Shown here piece by piece: positions 33,934-44,112 of a DNA stretch of 64,000 nt. Below the pieces are notes generated by a model. It was given only the letters and a program-made list of their open reading frames with translations. It was not told the origin of the DNA and ran no database searches. The translations under genes were made by a program, and so were the position numbers. Source of the stretch: Candidatus Moraniibacteriota bacterium. Lineage in GTDB: Bacteria; Patescibacteriota; Minisyncoccia; Moranbacterales; GCA-2747515. The stretch's first letter is position 1. Every line of letters starts with the position of its first letter. The stretch covers positions 81,535 to 145,534 of the forward strand of contig JALVQA010000006.1 in NCBI GenBank assembly GCA_027031495.1, given 5' to 3'.

Positions 33934-35016
33934 TTATCTGTTAACTTTTTTTGTGACATATTGCGCCAGGGTCTGCGCGACCGGCAGCACGGCAGCAGCA
34001 ATGGCGACGTTCTGGTCGGTCGCGAGGTATGAGAGGTACGCGACGGTGGCTGCCATGGCGAAGTTCACAAGCGTCCAGCCTGCACGCCTCCAGTCTTTCG
34101 CGGTGATGAGTGCAACCGCTTGCTCCGGCGTGATGCCCTGCTCTTTCTGTGTGCGCTGCATGTGCTTGAGTTTCGCCGTGAGCGATGCAATTTCGTCGGA
34201 GAGAGAACGGTTCAGTTTTTGGCACTCTGACAGCGAGATGTGCAGTGACTGCGTCTCGTCTTTCTTCTGCGCGTTTTTGAGTGCACGCTCCAGTGCGTCG
34301 GCTTGCTCGCTTACCTTGTCGCGTTCACGCGTGACGACAGCAATCTTGCCGTTGAGTGCGTCAATTTTCTCCGTGAGCATCCGTGCGATGTTTTTCTGCT
34401 CTCCCTCTGAGAGTTTTGCGCCGAAGTCTACGCCCAGCAGATGCTTGAGCGTTGTGCGCAATTCTGTGATGAGTGGTTGTGTCATATCTTTTTTGTTACT
34501 TTTTACATTTTCATCATCTTCTTGGACCACAATCATCCGTCCCCACTTCCCGTTGCTGCCGCGCCCGGTATATGTGTGGATAACGGTCCCGGATTTCACG
34601 CAGTACACAGGCGCGTCATAGTCCGCGTTCCCGGCGCCTTTGCCGTTTTCGTCCAATCCCGGATGGAAACACGGCGCTTTTGCGCGTGCAAATGGGATGC
34701 GGTTAGAATTGGATGCGTAGTCCCAATACTGCAGCCAGCCCAGTCCCAGGTGGTCAAAGCCCTTCCCAAGTGCCTTTGGGTACTTTCGCGGATCCGCGAA
34801 CCACTCCTGCACTTTCTGCTTGCTCCAGCCAATGCAGTAGAAGTTCCAGTTTTTCTGTCCGTTTGCGAGCGTCGGGAAGCGCCTCGGATGATCCCGATGC
34901 GTGTGAGCATACCACTGACCATTCGCCGTGCCGTTGGTGCCGATTTTCTGCCCCACCAAAACCCGGTCCCCGACCTTGACGTATACGTGATTCAGATGTG
35001 CGTAGCGGGTGTACAT
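33934..35016 (-). CDS. M23-family endolysin (permuted domain) with coiled coil and holin-like C-terminus
   Basis: YAHL..VKVGDRV..GQKIG..HTH, then HPGLD..PVY..GTV..WGRMIVV; C-terminal hydrophobic helices. Confidence 0.8.
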   Translation of the reverse strand: MYTRYAHLNHVYVKVGDRVLVGQKIGTNGTANGQWYAHTHRDHPRRFPTLANGQKNWNFYCIGWSKQKVQEWFADPRKYPKALGKGFDHLGLGWLQYWDYASNSNRIPFARAKAPCFHPGLDENGKGAGNADYDAPVYCVKSGTVIHTYTGRGSNGKWGRMIVVQEDDENVKSNKKDMTQPLITELRTTLKHLLGVDFGAKLSEGEQKNIARMLTEKIDALNGKIAVVTRERDKVSEQADALERALKNAQKKDETQSLHISLSECQKLNRSLSDEIASLTAKLKHMQRTQKEQGITPEQAVALITAKDWRRAGWTLVNFAMAATVAYLSYLATDQNVAIAAAVLPVAQTLAQYVTKKVNR

Positions 35017-35029
35017 ATACTATATCCAA

Positions 35030-35536
35030 CTATTGCTTTGAGATTAGCATTTTGAGATTTTTATAACCGATTGAGCCGGATGCGTTTGAATTTTTGGCGG
35101 TCAGTTTGATAGTTACGGTCTTTGCTGTTGTAAAATCTGCTGTTGCATAAAGAACATCATTTGTGGCAGACCATTGTCTATCACTTGCTTTCCGCGTCCA
35201 GTCCACACTGACACCGTCAATGTACAGGTACACATATGCATCAAACGCATACCCAAGATTACTAATCACCTGTGCGTCCAAACGCGCTTGAACTATCAAC
35301 TTGTCCCCGGCGTTTACTGACACAGTAGTGGTCATATCGGTGAGGTCGTGCTCCGATGTATCGCCAGTTACTGTTGTGCTCGTATTTGTTGCGTATTCTT
35401 TTACGAACTGCATTACGCCCATAGTACCAAGTTTATGCGTCCCGTCGGGGTTGTGTTCGGCTTTGAATGTGTCCCAGTTTTCGTTCACCTTCGCGCTCTC
35501 TATCTTTGTTTTTGGAACGAATGAATTGATCGTCAT
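35030..35536 (-). CDS. Minor tail/receptor-binding-like protein
   Basis: FVPKTKIESAKVNENW N-terminus typical of tail proteins; T-rich beta structure. Confidence 0.6.
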   Translation of the reverse strand: MTINSFVPKTKIESAKVNENWDTFKAEHNPDGTHKLGTMGVMQFVKEYATNTSTTVTGDTSEHDLTDMTTTVSVNAGDKLIVQARLDAQVISNLGYAFDAYVYLYIDGVSVDWTRKASDRQWSATNDVLYATADFTTAKTVTIKLTAKNSNASGSIGYKNLKMLISKQ

Positions 35537-35629
35537 ATCTTTCGCAATAAAAAAGAGCCCGACAGGTGTGTCGTAACACACCATCATCGGACTCGTAAGT
35601 CGTCTTATTTGTTTTCAGTATATCACACT

Positions 35630-36028
35630 CTAGTCCGCTTTGTCTATAAAAATACGGTAGGTGTAGTCTATGATCACATCCGGGTCCCCGGCGCCGTAGT
35701 CGTCATAGAAAAATATCAGATAGATGTTCGTTGCGTCACAATTAAGCGCCCAGGAGATCTCCGTTCCGATAACGAAGTCCCACGTCGGCATCGGGAAGTA
35801 ATATGTATCAAAGTAGTTGCCGTTGCGGTCCTTTGCGGCCGCCTGAAAGATTGGTCGGTAGCCGAGATTGTGCGCGACCGTCACTGTGTGATTGGCGCCG
35901 TCCACCGGCACAGTCAGAGAACCGCTGCCGGTAAGTGTGCGCTTGAGGTTGGGGTAGCGGTTGTCTGTGACAGTATAGCGGCCGTCTGCGGTGCGTGCGT
36001 CGTGTGATGCGAGAGATGCTCTGAACAT
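35630..36028 (-). CDS. Minor tail protein
   Basis: HNLGY motif shared with the neighbouring ORF. Confidence 0.6.
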   Translation of the reverse strand: MFRASLASHDARTADGRYTVTDNRYPNLKRTLTGSGSLTVPVDGANHTVTVAHNLGYRPIFQAAAKDRNGNYFDTYYFPMPTWDFVIGTEISWALNCDATNIYLIFFYDDYGAGDPDVIIDYTYRIFIDKAD

Positions 36029-36029
36029 A

Positions 36030-36755
36030 TCATTTGAAAATTACATAGTAGACGATGTCGCCGGGATTCAGGTAGAAGTGTGCTGCATTTGCGTCGTAGC
36101 CGATCCACTTGAAGTACTGCAAATATGATGTTCCGGACTCCTGAATGAATGCGAGTGCCTGCGAGACATAGCCGAGGTTGTGTGTAATGCTGGATGCTGT
36201 CGTGGATCCCTTCATATGCACATTGGCGCAGCCGTATTTGGAGTGCATGCACAGCTGCTCATCAGTGCAGATGAGCACATCATAGCCCTGCTTGCTGATT
36301 TTGATGCCGTAATCATCGTTGCCGCCGGTCTGCGTCGTCGCTGACGCCACAGCAGATGTGAATGCACTGAAGTCGTCCACAAATTGGTACACGGTGAAGT
36401 ATACCGTGTCGCCGTTGTTGCTGAAACCCTGATCAAAAAACTCATCCACGACAATCTCCAGATAGTTCGGATAGACTTCCACAGTGAGCGGCAGCACATT
36501 GTCCGAAAACATGAACGACTTGTTCGTGCCGATTGTCGTGGAGCCGTTGTAGATGACGAAGCACGGCGCAAAATACCCGAGGTTGTGCGTCACGCGGATG
36601 CGGTTGTCGGCTGCGCCGGACGCCGGGATGGTCGTGGAGACGTGCGTGACTGAGAATACCTTCAGCGACGGCATATCTGATGACACGACGAGCTCCTGCG
36701 GCGCCGCCGTAAATACATCATATCCTTTTTGACTGACTTTGATGCCATATCCCAT
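36030..36755 (-). CDS. Minor tail protein with internal duplication
   Basis: YGIKVSQKGYDV/YGIKISKQGYDV and two HNLGY motifs. Confidence 0.65.
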   Translation of the reverse strand: MGYGIKVSQKGYDVFTAAPQELVVSSDMPSLKVFSVTHVSTTIPASGAADNRIRVTHNLGYFAPCFVIYNGSTTIGTNKSFMFSDNVLPLTVEVYPNYLEIVVDEFFDQGFSNNGDTVYFTVYQFVDDFSAFTSAVASATTQTGGNDDYGIKISKQGYDVLICTDEQLCMHSKYGCANVHMKGSTTASSITHNLGYVSQALAFIQESGTSYLQYFKWIGYDANAAHFYLNPGDIVYYVIFK

Positions 36756-36757
36756 AC

Positions 36758-37099
36758 TTATGTGAGGTTACCGATGACGACGCGGTTCGTGGTCCCGTCG
36801 TGGACCACGATGCGCTTGTTCGCCGCGTCCAAGATGAGTGTAGAATCGCCGATGGTGATCTTGTTTGCGTTCCCATCTATCACGATACCGTTGACGGTGA
36901 TTTTGTTGTTTGCGCCATCTATGACGGTAGAGCCGTTCGCGAGTTCTATCTTTGTGCCGGTTACTTTCAGGTCATAGTTGGACGGATCCGATCCGCTAAC
37001 CATTTCAAACTTGCCATTGACAATCTTCAAATAGCCCGGGTGGCTGCTGCCGCCGAGCGTGAGCGAGTACGCGGATTGGTTCATCTTAACAAACGGCAT
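36758..37099 (-). CDS. Tail tip/spike-like beta-repeat protein
   Basis: IDGANNKIT/IDGNANKIT/LDAANKRI repeats. Confidence 0.55.
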   Translation of the reverse strand: MPFVKMNQSAYSLTLGGSSHPGYLKIVNGKFEMVSGSDPSNYDLKVTGTKIELANGSTVIDGANNKITVNGIVIDGNANKITIGDSTLILDAANKRIVVHDGTTNRVVIGNLT

Positions 37100-37103
37100 A
37101 GTG

Positions 37104-38300
37104 CTATGTGGTTACGGTTGTTGTTATCGGCGCTCCGGCTGCCATAAAGAGCTCCTGGTTGCGCTTCACCGTCGCGAGGTTGTGCGCCACACTCGGCAAG
37201 CGGTCCGAGACCTCTACGGTGATGTGCGTTCCGCGGTACGTGATGCGCTTCACAACAAGCACGCTATCAAACACCTCGTTCGGATGCGCATCCCAGTAAC
37301 TCTCGTCCCAGTTGTCCTCATCCCACCGCGTGCCGTCATTGCTTCCAGCACGGTCCTTGATGCGGATAGAGTCACCCGGCTTAATACTCTCTATATCATA
37401 ACCGCGACTACTGAATGCATCGTCCAACACATCAAACCGCACCTCCATATCCACAGACGGCGAGAGGTGCGAGTTCGCGATGTAGTTGATACTTGTGGTG
37501 GACGTGAGGCGTCCGTCTATGACGACGCGCTGGCGCTTGCCGTATGTGTCAATGGACGCCTGCGACTTGCTGCGCGCCACAATCTGCTCTTCCCCGTCCG
37601 GCGTGCCGCCAATGATGAGCACATCGTTGATGACATTATCCATCTTGGATGTGAATTCCAGGTTTTGAATCTCACGGCCCAGCGTGAGGATGTGGTCCGG
37701 CGTCGTGCGCACTTGCCGGATGTGCGCCTTGCGTGTGGCGTCCACATACCAGTACCAATCGTTCGGCAGCCGCTCCATAATCTTCTCTACCGCATCCAGC
37801 ACATACGCACCGTTCACAGAGAGATCTGCGCTCACGCCGCTGGTCTCTATCGTCCCGGCGTTGATGTTGCCGCCGGAGAGTGTGATGAGGTGCGAGAATA
37901 GCTCTGTCGGGTCGTCACCGGTTGCCATAAGGCCCGTTGTGCCATCGGAGAGCTCCACGAGCCGCACGGCCCACTCCTGCACATAGCCGACGCATTCTAT
38001 ACTCACTTGTGACTTCTCCGTGCCAATCACAGAGTTCACGCGCATAATGCGGCCACTGTAGACCTTCGTGCCGCCGTTTTTCTCAGTCACGACGATATGG
38101 TTTCCCGGGATGAGGTCGTTGCAGGTGTACACTTTGGACCGGTGGCGGTTTATGGTGAGGCGCAGCGCGCCGAGCCCACCGTTGACATCATACGCGAACA
38201 CCGGGTGATGATCCGCCACATCCGACAATACACCAACGACATTCCAGCTGAAGTCGTAGATCTTGTACTCGTACTGCTTTGTTTTCGTAATCGTCGTCAT
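37104..38300 (-). CDS. Baseplate hub/Tal-like tail protein
   Basis: Follows the Dit-like gene; SIDTYGKR pattern. Confidence 0.65.
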   Translation of the reverse strand: MTTITKTKQYEYKIYDFSWNVVGVLSDVADHHPVFAYDVNGGLGALRLTINRHRSKVYTCNDLIPGNHIVVTEKNGGTKVYSGRIMRVNSVIGTEKSQVSIECVGYVQEWAVRLVELSDGTTGLMATGDDPTELFSHLITLSGGNINAGTIETSGVSADLSVNGAYVLDAVEKIMERLPNDWYWYVDATRKAHIRQVRTTPDHILTLGREIQNLEFTSKMDNVINDVLIIGGTPDGEEQIVARSKSQASIDTYGKRQRVVIDGRLTSTTSINYIANSHLSPSVDMEVRFDVLDDAFSSRGYDIESIKPGDSIRIKDRAGSNDGTRWDEDNWDESYWDAHPNEVFDSVLVVKRITYRGTHITVEVSDRLPSVAHNLATVKRNQELFMAAGAPITTTVTT

Positions 38301-39040
38301 AGATAGAGAGGATAGTACTCTACGCTCGCGTCATAGTTCACAGCGTCAGCGGTGATGGTGATGCCGAGTGTGTTGTTGCCGGTTGTCCACGCCGGAATAA
38401 TGCCGTCGTAGTCTACAGTCGTACCGTTCACCGTCACCTCCAGAGTGTCGGCATCTACCACGATGACATCCGACGCAGCGAGTGTGCGCGTGAGCGTAAT
38501 CGTGTCGCTTCCGACGGTGATTGCGATGGCTGTGCCGTTCGTTACGGAGTTGATTGTCACCGTTATTTTTGGTGCTGGTGGTGCCGTACCGGTCACGGCA
38601 ATCGTCTCGGAGAGTGCGGCCGTCTTACCGGTGTAGCTCTGTGTTGTTTTACTCTGTGCGCGGCCATAGCCGAGAACGACAAAGTGCGCGACAACTTCCA
38701 CCAGCGTGATATCTTGCGGCTTGCGCACCGGTGAGAGCGATACGCACACGGCCGGGTACACGCGCGTCGTGCCGTTGTACGATACGGAGAGATTATCCTC
38801 CACGCCTACGAGTGACTGCTTCACGCTGTCTATGAGCGCGTCCAGCGCATTTGCATCGGCAGCGGAGAGCGTCAGGCGCACCTGGACATCACGCTTCACT
38901 GTGCGCGCATCTATGACACGCGCATTGCCGTGCGCGTTGTTCTCCACCTGGACATTGAGCGGTGATGACTCCCACGCCATCTCAACTGTGGCGATGCCAC
39001 CGCTCTGCAGGTCTAATCCGTTGAATGATATTGCTCGCAT
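38297..39040 (-). CDS. Distal tail (Dit)-like protein
   Basis: Directly after tape measure; GTAPPAPKITV, VTVNG, GNNTL. Confidence 0.7.
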   Translation of the reverse strand: MRAISFNGLDLQSGGIATVEMAWESSPLNVQVENNAHGNARVIDARTVKRDVQVRLTLSAADANALDALIDSVKQSLVGVEDNLSVSYNGTTRVYPAVCVSLSPVRKPQDITLVEVVAHFVVLGYGRAQSKTTQSYTGKTAALSETIAVTGTAPPAPKITVTINSVTNGTAIAITVGSDTITLTRTLAASDVIVVDADTLEVTVNGTTVDYDGIIPAWTTGNNTLGITITADAVNYDASVEYYPLYL

Positions 39041-39076
39041 TTTTTTTGCTAGTAATTATTTGCTAGTAAAACAGGA

Positions 39077-40831
39077 CTACCGCACACCGAGTGTCGCCAG
39101 CCGGTAGTCATCCGCCAGTGCCGTGCGCACGCGGTCAATGAGTGTCTCGTCCGTGAGTGTTGCACCGCGCAGATCTATGTTGACCGTCACGCCAGGCGCT
39201 GATTGCACAGCATCGCGTGGCTGCTCTATGCGCCCAGACTGCGTTGGCACGAACATCTCCGGACCATTCTCTCCCACCATATATGGCCGCCCGGCTGTTA
39301 CGGTACCACCGGTGGCACGGCGTGAGAAATTGAACTCCTTAATGTTTGGAAGTCCGGGAATACGGTTATACGAGCGAATTGCTTTATTTACAAGTCGTCC
39401 AATAATACCAAGTTTCCGACGAATCCAGTCCATAGCACCAGAGAATGCATTTTTTATTGCACTTCCCATTCTCTGAAATGCTCGGCTGATACTCCCAGCT
39501 ACTGCTGCACCAAAACGTTTAACCTTGTCCCAATTTTTGATGATAAGGTATGCTCCAGCGACAATTCCGGTGATGATTGCCCCACCAATAAGAAACGGTG
39601 CTGCTGCAGCAGCAACAGGAGCAAAAGCCGCCGCTACAGCAAGGAGTGACCGAACAAGCGTTCCGCTGAGAATGCTGGATATTTTTAGAAAGCCGCCTGT
39701 TAAACGTCCAACGTTGCCGATAATGCTAACAAATGATATAGCAGATGTTGCAACTTTCAGTGCCTCCCACGCTGCTACGGCATATAAAATCGCCTTCCCA
39801 TTATCCACAAGAAAAACAGTCAATTTTCCTATCGCAGGGAGCATCTTGTTGAATATGATATCGGCCGTAGATTTAAGTCTATTCAATATTCCACGCGGAC
39901 CACCAAGTTCATCAACGAGTTTCTTTGCGCCATCAATTGCTTTCTTCATCCACACAATCATCTCGTTAGCAATTTTTTCTTTGTTTGCACTCAACCAACC
40001 CATCATATCCTCTGCGGACTTTTTCAACATCGCAAAAATAGATCCCTCTCTTATGTCACCACGCTGATTAATTCCGACAATTTCTCGTGCAATATTCCCT
40101 ATATCATCGCGTAGATTTGACATAATTCCATTGAACGATTTACTCTGACGCTCCATTCCCTGAAAGAACAAACCTCCCTCACTCGTCATGCGGCGCAGTG
40201 CATCAGTGACATTATCGGATGTAACTTTGCCTGATGATATCATCTTTTCCAACTCTCCACGCGTGACTCCGAATATCTTTTGCAATTCGCCACCTAAATT
40301 GACACCTGCCTCAGTGAATTGAAGCAATTCTTGTCCCATCAACTTGCCCTTTGCCTGGACCTGCCCAAATGCAGTGATGAGTTGCGGTAATTTATCTGTG
40401 CCAACACCGGACGCAATATCACCCAACATCTTGAATGTTGGAATAATTTTTTCTGCTGAAATATTATACGCAAGTAATCTCTTTGAGCCTTCAACAACTT
40501 GCGGAAGGTCAAATGGTGTCTTTGATGCAAAGTCGGAAATACGCTTTAAAAGCGAACTTGCTTCATCTGCACTTCCAAGCATTGACTCAAAAGCGATGCG
40601 GTTCTGCTCAAATTGCGCAGCGCTACGTACAGCGAAAAAACCTGCAGTCGTCATACTTCCGGCAAGTCCAGCAAGAGCATACTTCGCAGCATTCGCAGCG
40701 CGACCAATAAGCCCAAGTTCCTTCTCAAAGCGACTTCCAAGTCGCCCTGCCGTCGCATTGAGCTTGTCTAATTCACGCATCGCATTGTTCCGCGCGTCTA
40801 TGACGATTTGTAGTTTTGCTGTCTTTTCCAT
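39077..40831 (-). CDS. Tape measure protein
   Basis: FESMLGS, FASKTPFDL, GQVQAKGKLMGQEL, IIKNWDKVK, GENGPEMFVP. Confidence 0.93.
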   Translation of the reverse strand: MEKTAKLQIVIDARNNAMRELDKLNATAGRLGSRFEKELGLIGRAANAAKYALAGLAGSMTTAGFFAVRSAAQFEQNRIAFESMLGSADEASSLLKRISDFASKTPFDLPQVVEGSKRLLAYNISAEKIIPTFKMLGDIASGVGTDKLPQLITAFGQVQAKGKLMGQELLQFTEAGVNLGGELQKIFGVTRGELEKMISSGKVTSDNVTDALRRMTSEGGLFFQGMERQSKSFNGIMSNLRDDIGNIAREIVGINQRGDIREGSIFAMLKKSAEDMMGWLSANKEKIANEMIVWMKKAIDGAKKLVDELGGPRGILNRLKSTADIIFNKMLPAIGKLTVFLVDNGKAILYAVAAWEALKVATSAISFVSIIGNVGRLTGGFLKISSILSGTLVRSLLAVAAAFAPVAAAAAPFLIGGAIITGIVAGAYLIIKNWDKVKRFGAAVAGSISRAFQRMGSAIKNAFSGAMDWIRRKLGIIGRLVNKAIRSYNRIPGLPNIKEFNFSRRATGGTVTAGRPYMVGENGPEMFVPTQSGRIEQPRDAVQSAPGVTVNIDLRGATLTDETLIDRVRTALADDYRLATLGVR

Positions 40832-41369
40832 TTTTCCTCTTCTTCCTTTCTTACTTTCTCAACCTCCTCAATATACACTTCTGCAGTTGTTATAAATTCC
40901 CGCGGCGCAGTATCGTATTCCTGACTACTCCATCCCATCGCCTTACATATCAGCACCTTTCGGACAATAGGATCTGGTGATTCTACCCGACAACCTCTCA
41001 GGAGTCCTGAGAATTGTTGCCGGACTCGCCTTTTTTTTCGTGATCCTCAGAAATATCATCACTGCCTATACTATCAACGATGTCATAGATCTCCCGTGCC
41101 TGATTACTTGGCAGTGCGCCGATTCGATCTATGATATTTTCATTTGAATCGTCAAATGAAACAATGAGCATCTCTAGCGCTTTATTTTGCGCATCCTTCA
41201 CAACACTCGCAGAAAATGTAACCTCACGCTCCTGCGCACTCGTTAGCCGTACATTTTGCGCATCCAAGAAAATTCTTTCAAGAGCATCATTTTCCGCTCC
41301 TGTTATATATGTATAGATTTCAAGGGTTTTACCACTTGAAAGTTTCACCTTTTTTGTTGGTCGCTCCAT
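40798..41369 (-). CDS. Tail assembly chaperone (40998-41369) and its -1 frameshift extension to 40798
   Basis: GAA AAA AAA G slippery run at 41030-41039; -1 frame open for 77 codons, containing ICKAMGWSSQEY. Confidence 0.8.
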
Positions 41370-41520
41370 AGTTTTTTCTTACCTCCAATTAAAAAAGACC
41401 TCGCACGCGGAGGTCGTAACTTCCGCGCATGAGGTCCGTAGACGCTTGTCTTTGTCTCCAGTATACCACACTAATCAATTCTGTGCTATCCTGGAGTATA
41501 ATCACATAACTGGAGGTGAT

Positions 41521-42165
41521 ATGCATATTCATTGCCCGCACTGCGGTTTTGATGGCGAGATGCCACAGGATCGCACCAAAAAAGCAACGATTGCAACAGC
41601 TGTTGCAATTGCTAGTTTGATCGCGTTTTTTGCGATTATGCTAACAGATAACATATCGGAGCACTTTGCATTCTTTGCATCGCTCCCATTTGTTTTCGGA
41701 ATCGCTATCGGTATAGCGGCAAACCTGTCACATTGCCCAAAATGCGGACACAAAAATATTGTCACAGACAAAAACAAAGATGCTGCAACGAACTCCGAAA
41801 ATAGCAATAAAAAGATAAAAGACTTCAAAGAGCTGGAATGCCAACTTAACAAGGCAATAAGCGATGGTGACAACCATAAAATGGCAACAATTTACCATCG
41901 TATGGCGTGGGTGCTTGTTGATGAGGGGAGTGATGGCTCAGACTTTATGCGAGAGTCAAACCGTGCGCAACTGCGCCACATCGCAGAGTCTGGCGCAACA
42001 CGCGCTGATATTATTGCAACAGGATGCTGCGCGGCCTGTAAAGCAATTCATCATAAAACAGTTTCCATAAGAAAAGAAATTAAAGACCCGCAATTGCCGC
42101 AAAAAAACTGCACAAAGAAGTTGTGTATTTGTGACTATGCTGTAAACATTGACAGCGTGAAGTAA
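41521..42165 (+). CDS. Opposite-strand moron: membrane protein with Cys-rich motifs
   Basis: GGAGGT RBS; CPHC, two TM helices, CPKC, CCAAC...C..LCIC. Confidence 0.75.
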   Translation: MHIHCPHCGFDGEMPQDRTKKATIATAVAIASLIAFFAIMLTDNISEHFAFFASLPFVFGIAIGIAANLSHCPKCGHKNIVTDKNKDAATNSENSNKKIKDFKELECQLNKAISDGDNHKMATIYHRMAWVLVDEGSDGSDFMRESNRAQLRHIAESGATRADIIATGCCAACKAIHHKTVSIRKEIKDPQLPQKNCTKKLCICDYAVNIDSVK

Positions 42166-42247
42166 AATAGAAAAACACCGCCAGTGGCGCACAGGAGAGG
42201 AGGTGAGAAAAACTCCCATGCGCAGCAGGCGGTGTTTTTGTGTTCGT

Positions 42248-43216
42248 CTAGTACGACGCCTTCTCGTTCGTGAGAATCGCCTTTGCAATCATCGCGTCGG
42301 AGAGTGAGTAGAACGCGCGGAACCGGATGGTCTGCAGGATGTCATCGCCAAGTCCACCGGACGGTGACCACTCATCAAACTGCACCTTCGGCAAGTCTAT
42401 CTGGATGGTCGGGTTGGAACTGTTGCCGATTGTGTCCGTGTGCGTCGCTTTGACACGCAGTGCTTTGCTGGTCCCACCTTCGTAGATCTGCTTCATCGTC
42501 GCGTCGTCAAAGTATGCCTCAATGTTTCCTTCCACGACAAAGTCACGGTTGCGAATATCGGACGGCTCGCTGTTGCCACAGACATAGCGCGGCTCTACAT
42601 TTTTATCAATGCTAATCTCAAACGAGCGAATCTCCATCGTCGTTGGCGATGAGTCAAGTCCTGCGAGAGTGCTTGCGTAGCTGAATGCCGCCATTTTTGA
42701 AAAAAAGCGTCGCTCGGATGAGTAGCTCACTGTGTCACTTGCCGCCGCACCTTTCTTGGCCAAGAACGACGCCGTAAACACCGCATCCTGTCCTGCCTCA
42801 CACGAGAGCTTCAGCGACTGCAGCATCCCAAGCGCATGCTTGAGCTGTTGCACATCGTTCTTGATGTTCAGCGTGAACGACGGGTGCGTGTTGTCGTTCT
42901 GCATCGTGAATGTGTGCTCATACACGGCCGTCTCACCACTCTTGGTAGTACTGGAAACGGACCCGAGTGCCGCCAGGAGCAAATACCCGATGGACTCGTC
43001 CATCACATTACCCTTGATCTCACCCTCAGCCCACTCCTTTGTCACCGTGCGGTCGGTCGCGTTCGCGATGACACCATAGCCCGCGTCGTCTGCCATCCCA
43101 TCCACCTTGTTGATGACGAATGGCGGCTCCGTGAGCGGAATCCACACAGCCGGTGCTACAGCCGTACCGCGCGCGCTCTCCTTCCCGATACCAAATGAAT
43201 ACTTTCTTCCTTGCAT
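42248..43216 (-). CDS. Major tail (tube) protein
   Basis: GIGKESARGT, GYLLLAALG, YEHTFT; position upstream of chaperone and TMP. Confidence 0.85.
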   Translation of the reverse strand: MQGRKYSFGIGKESARGTAVAPAVWIPLTEPPFVINKVDGMADDAGYGVIANATDRTVTKEWAEGEIKGNVMDESIGYLLLAALGSVSSTTKSGETAVYEHTFTMQNDNTHPSFTLNIKNDVQQLKHALGMLQSLKLSCEAGQDAVFTASFLAKKGAAASDTVSYSSERRFFSKMAAFSYASTLAGLDSSPTTMEIRSFEISIDKNVEPRYVCGNSEPSDIRNRDFVVEGNIEAYFDDATMKQIYEGGTSKALRVKATHTDTIGNSSNPTIQIDLPKVQFDEWSPSGGLGDDILQTIRFRAFYSLSDAMIAKAILTNEKASY

Positions 43217-43223
43217 AGTTTTG

Positions 43224-43376
43224 CTACTTATGTTTGATTACCTTTGCTTTCTTGGCCGCTTGCTCGGCGTCCTGCGCTTGCACAACGCTCTGCGTCTCCG
43301 GCATAAAGAACGCTTTGTTTTTGATTTCCCCATCCTTCTGCGGCGTCACCGCCTTGTTCTGTGATTGTTTCTTCAT
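43224..43376 (-). CDS. Small hypothetical protein (50 aa, absent from the ORF track)
   Basis: MKKQSQNKAVTPQ...KVIKHK fills the gap in the late operon. Confidence 0.5.
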   Translation of the reverse strand: MKKQSQNKAVTPQKDGEIKNKAFFMPETQSVVQAQDAEQAAKKAKVIKHK

Positions 43377-43387
43377 AGATTTGTACT

Positions 43388-43807
43388 TTATTGTTTATCT
43401 ACTTCACATGATAACTTCAGCGAGCCGTACTTCACCCAGCCACTCTCCTCCGGGTACTCACCCCACTCACCTGGCGCCGGACGGCAAACATGTGCTGCTC
43501 CGCTGAGCGTGTAGTCGTCGCGGAGGTCCTTCTCCAACTGGTCCAGTACTGCCTCCACGATCTCTATCGCGCGCTCCTCGCCGACCTGCTCCATCTCCTG
43601 ATGAACCACGATGTCAAACACATAGGTTGCACGATTGTCATTGAGTGTAAGGTAGTCCTCCTCACGTGATGACGGCTCTACAGTTGCGTACGGATACCCG
43701 GACGGCTTTACGCTGTGCGACTTATACGCTGCCGCCAACACCTGCCCGCTACCGGTGCGCGCATCCAGTTTTGTCTTGATTGCATTGTGCAGTGTTGACC
43801 AACTCAT
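43388..43807 (-). CDS. Tail terminator/completion-like protein
   Basis: Synteny; YPYATV, DYTLSG. Confidence 0.6.
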   Translation of the reverse strand: MSWSTLHNAIKTKLDARTGSGQVLAAAYKSHSVKPSGYPYATVEPSSREEDYLTLNDNRATYVFDIVVHQEMEQVGEERAIEIVEAVLDQLEKDLRDDYTLSGAAHVCRPAPGEWGEYPEESGWVKYGSLKLSCEVDKQ

Positions 43808-44112
43808 AGTGTTTTCTTTACGAGAAGTATGTGTGTATAATCTGCGCCGCCGAGTGTATCGCTGCGCACACCTTTGACTGTGTAGTCTACACCATCAACT
43901 GTCACGCGGTCGGTTGTGCGCACATCCACACCGGCTGCCGCGTACATCTCCCACAGCTCACCATACTGCAGTCCATTGATTTGTGTGAGATGCGCACCGG
44001 CTTGTCGCAGCATACACGCGCCGTCCACGCTCACGCTTTGGTACGATGACTTATCCCCGGACTGCGTGAGACGCTTGACTGTAAATGTTTTGTCAAAAAA
44101 CGGCGACATCAT
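43804..44112 (-). CDS. Head closure/adaptor-like protein
   Basis: Synteny; DRVTVDGVDYTV. Confidence 0.6.
   Translation of the reverse strand: MMSPFFDKTFTVKRLTQSGDKSSYQSVSVDGACMLRQAGAHLTQINGLQYGELWEMYAAAGVDVRTTDRVTVDGVDYTVKGVRSDTLGGADYTHILLVKKTL

Noticed and set aside
32879-38300. Diversity-generating retroelement or invertible tail cassette
   Set aside because: No reverse transcriptase, template/variable repeat pair or invertase seen; the repeats are protein-level only
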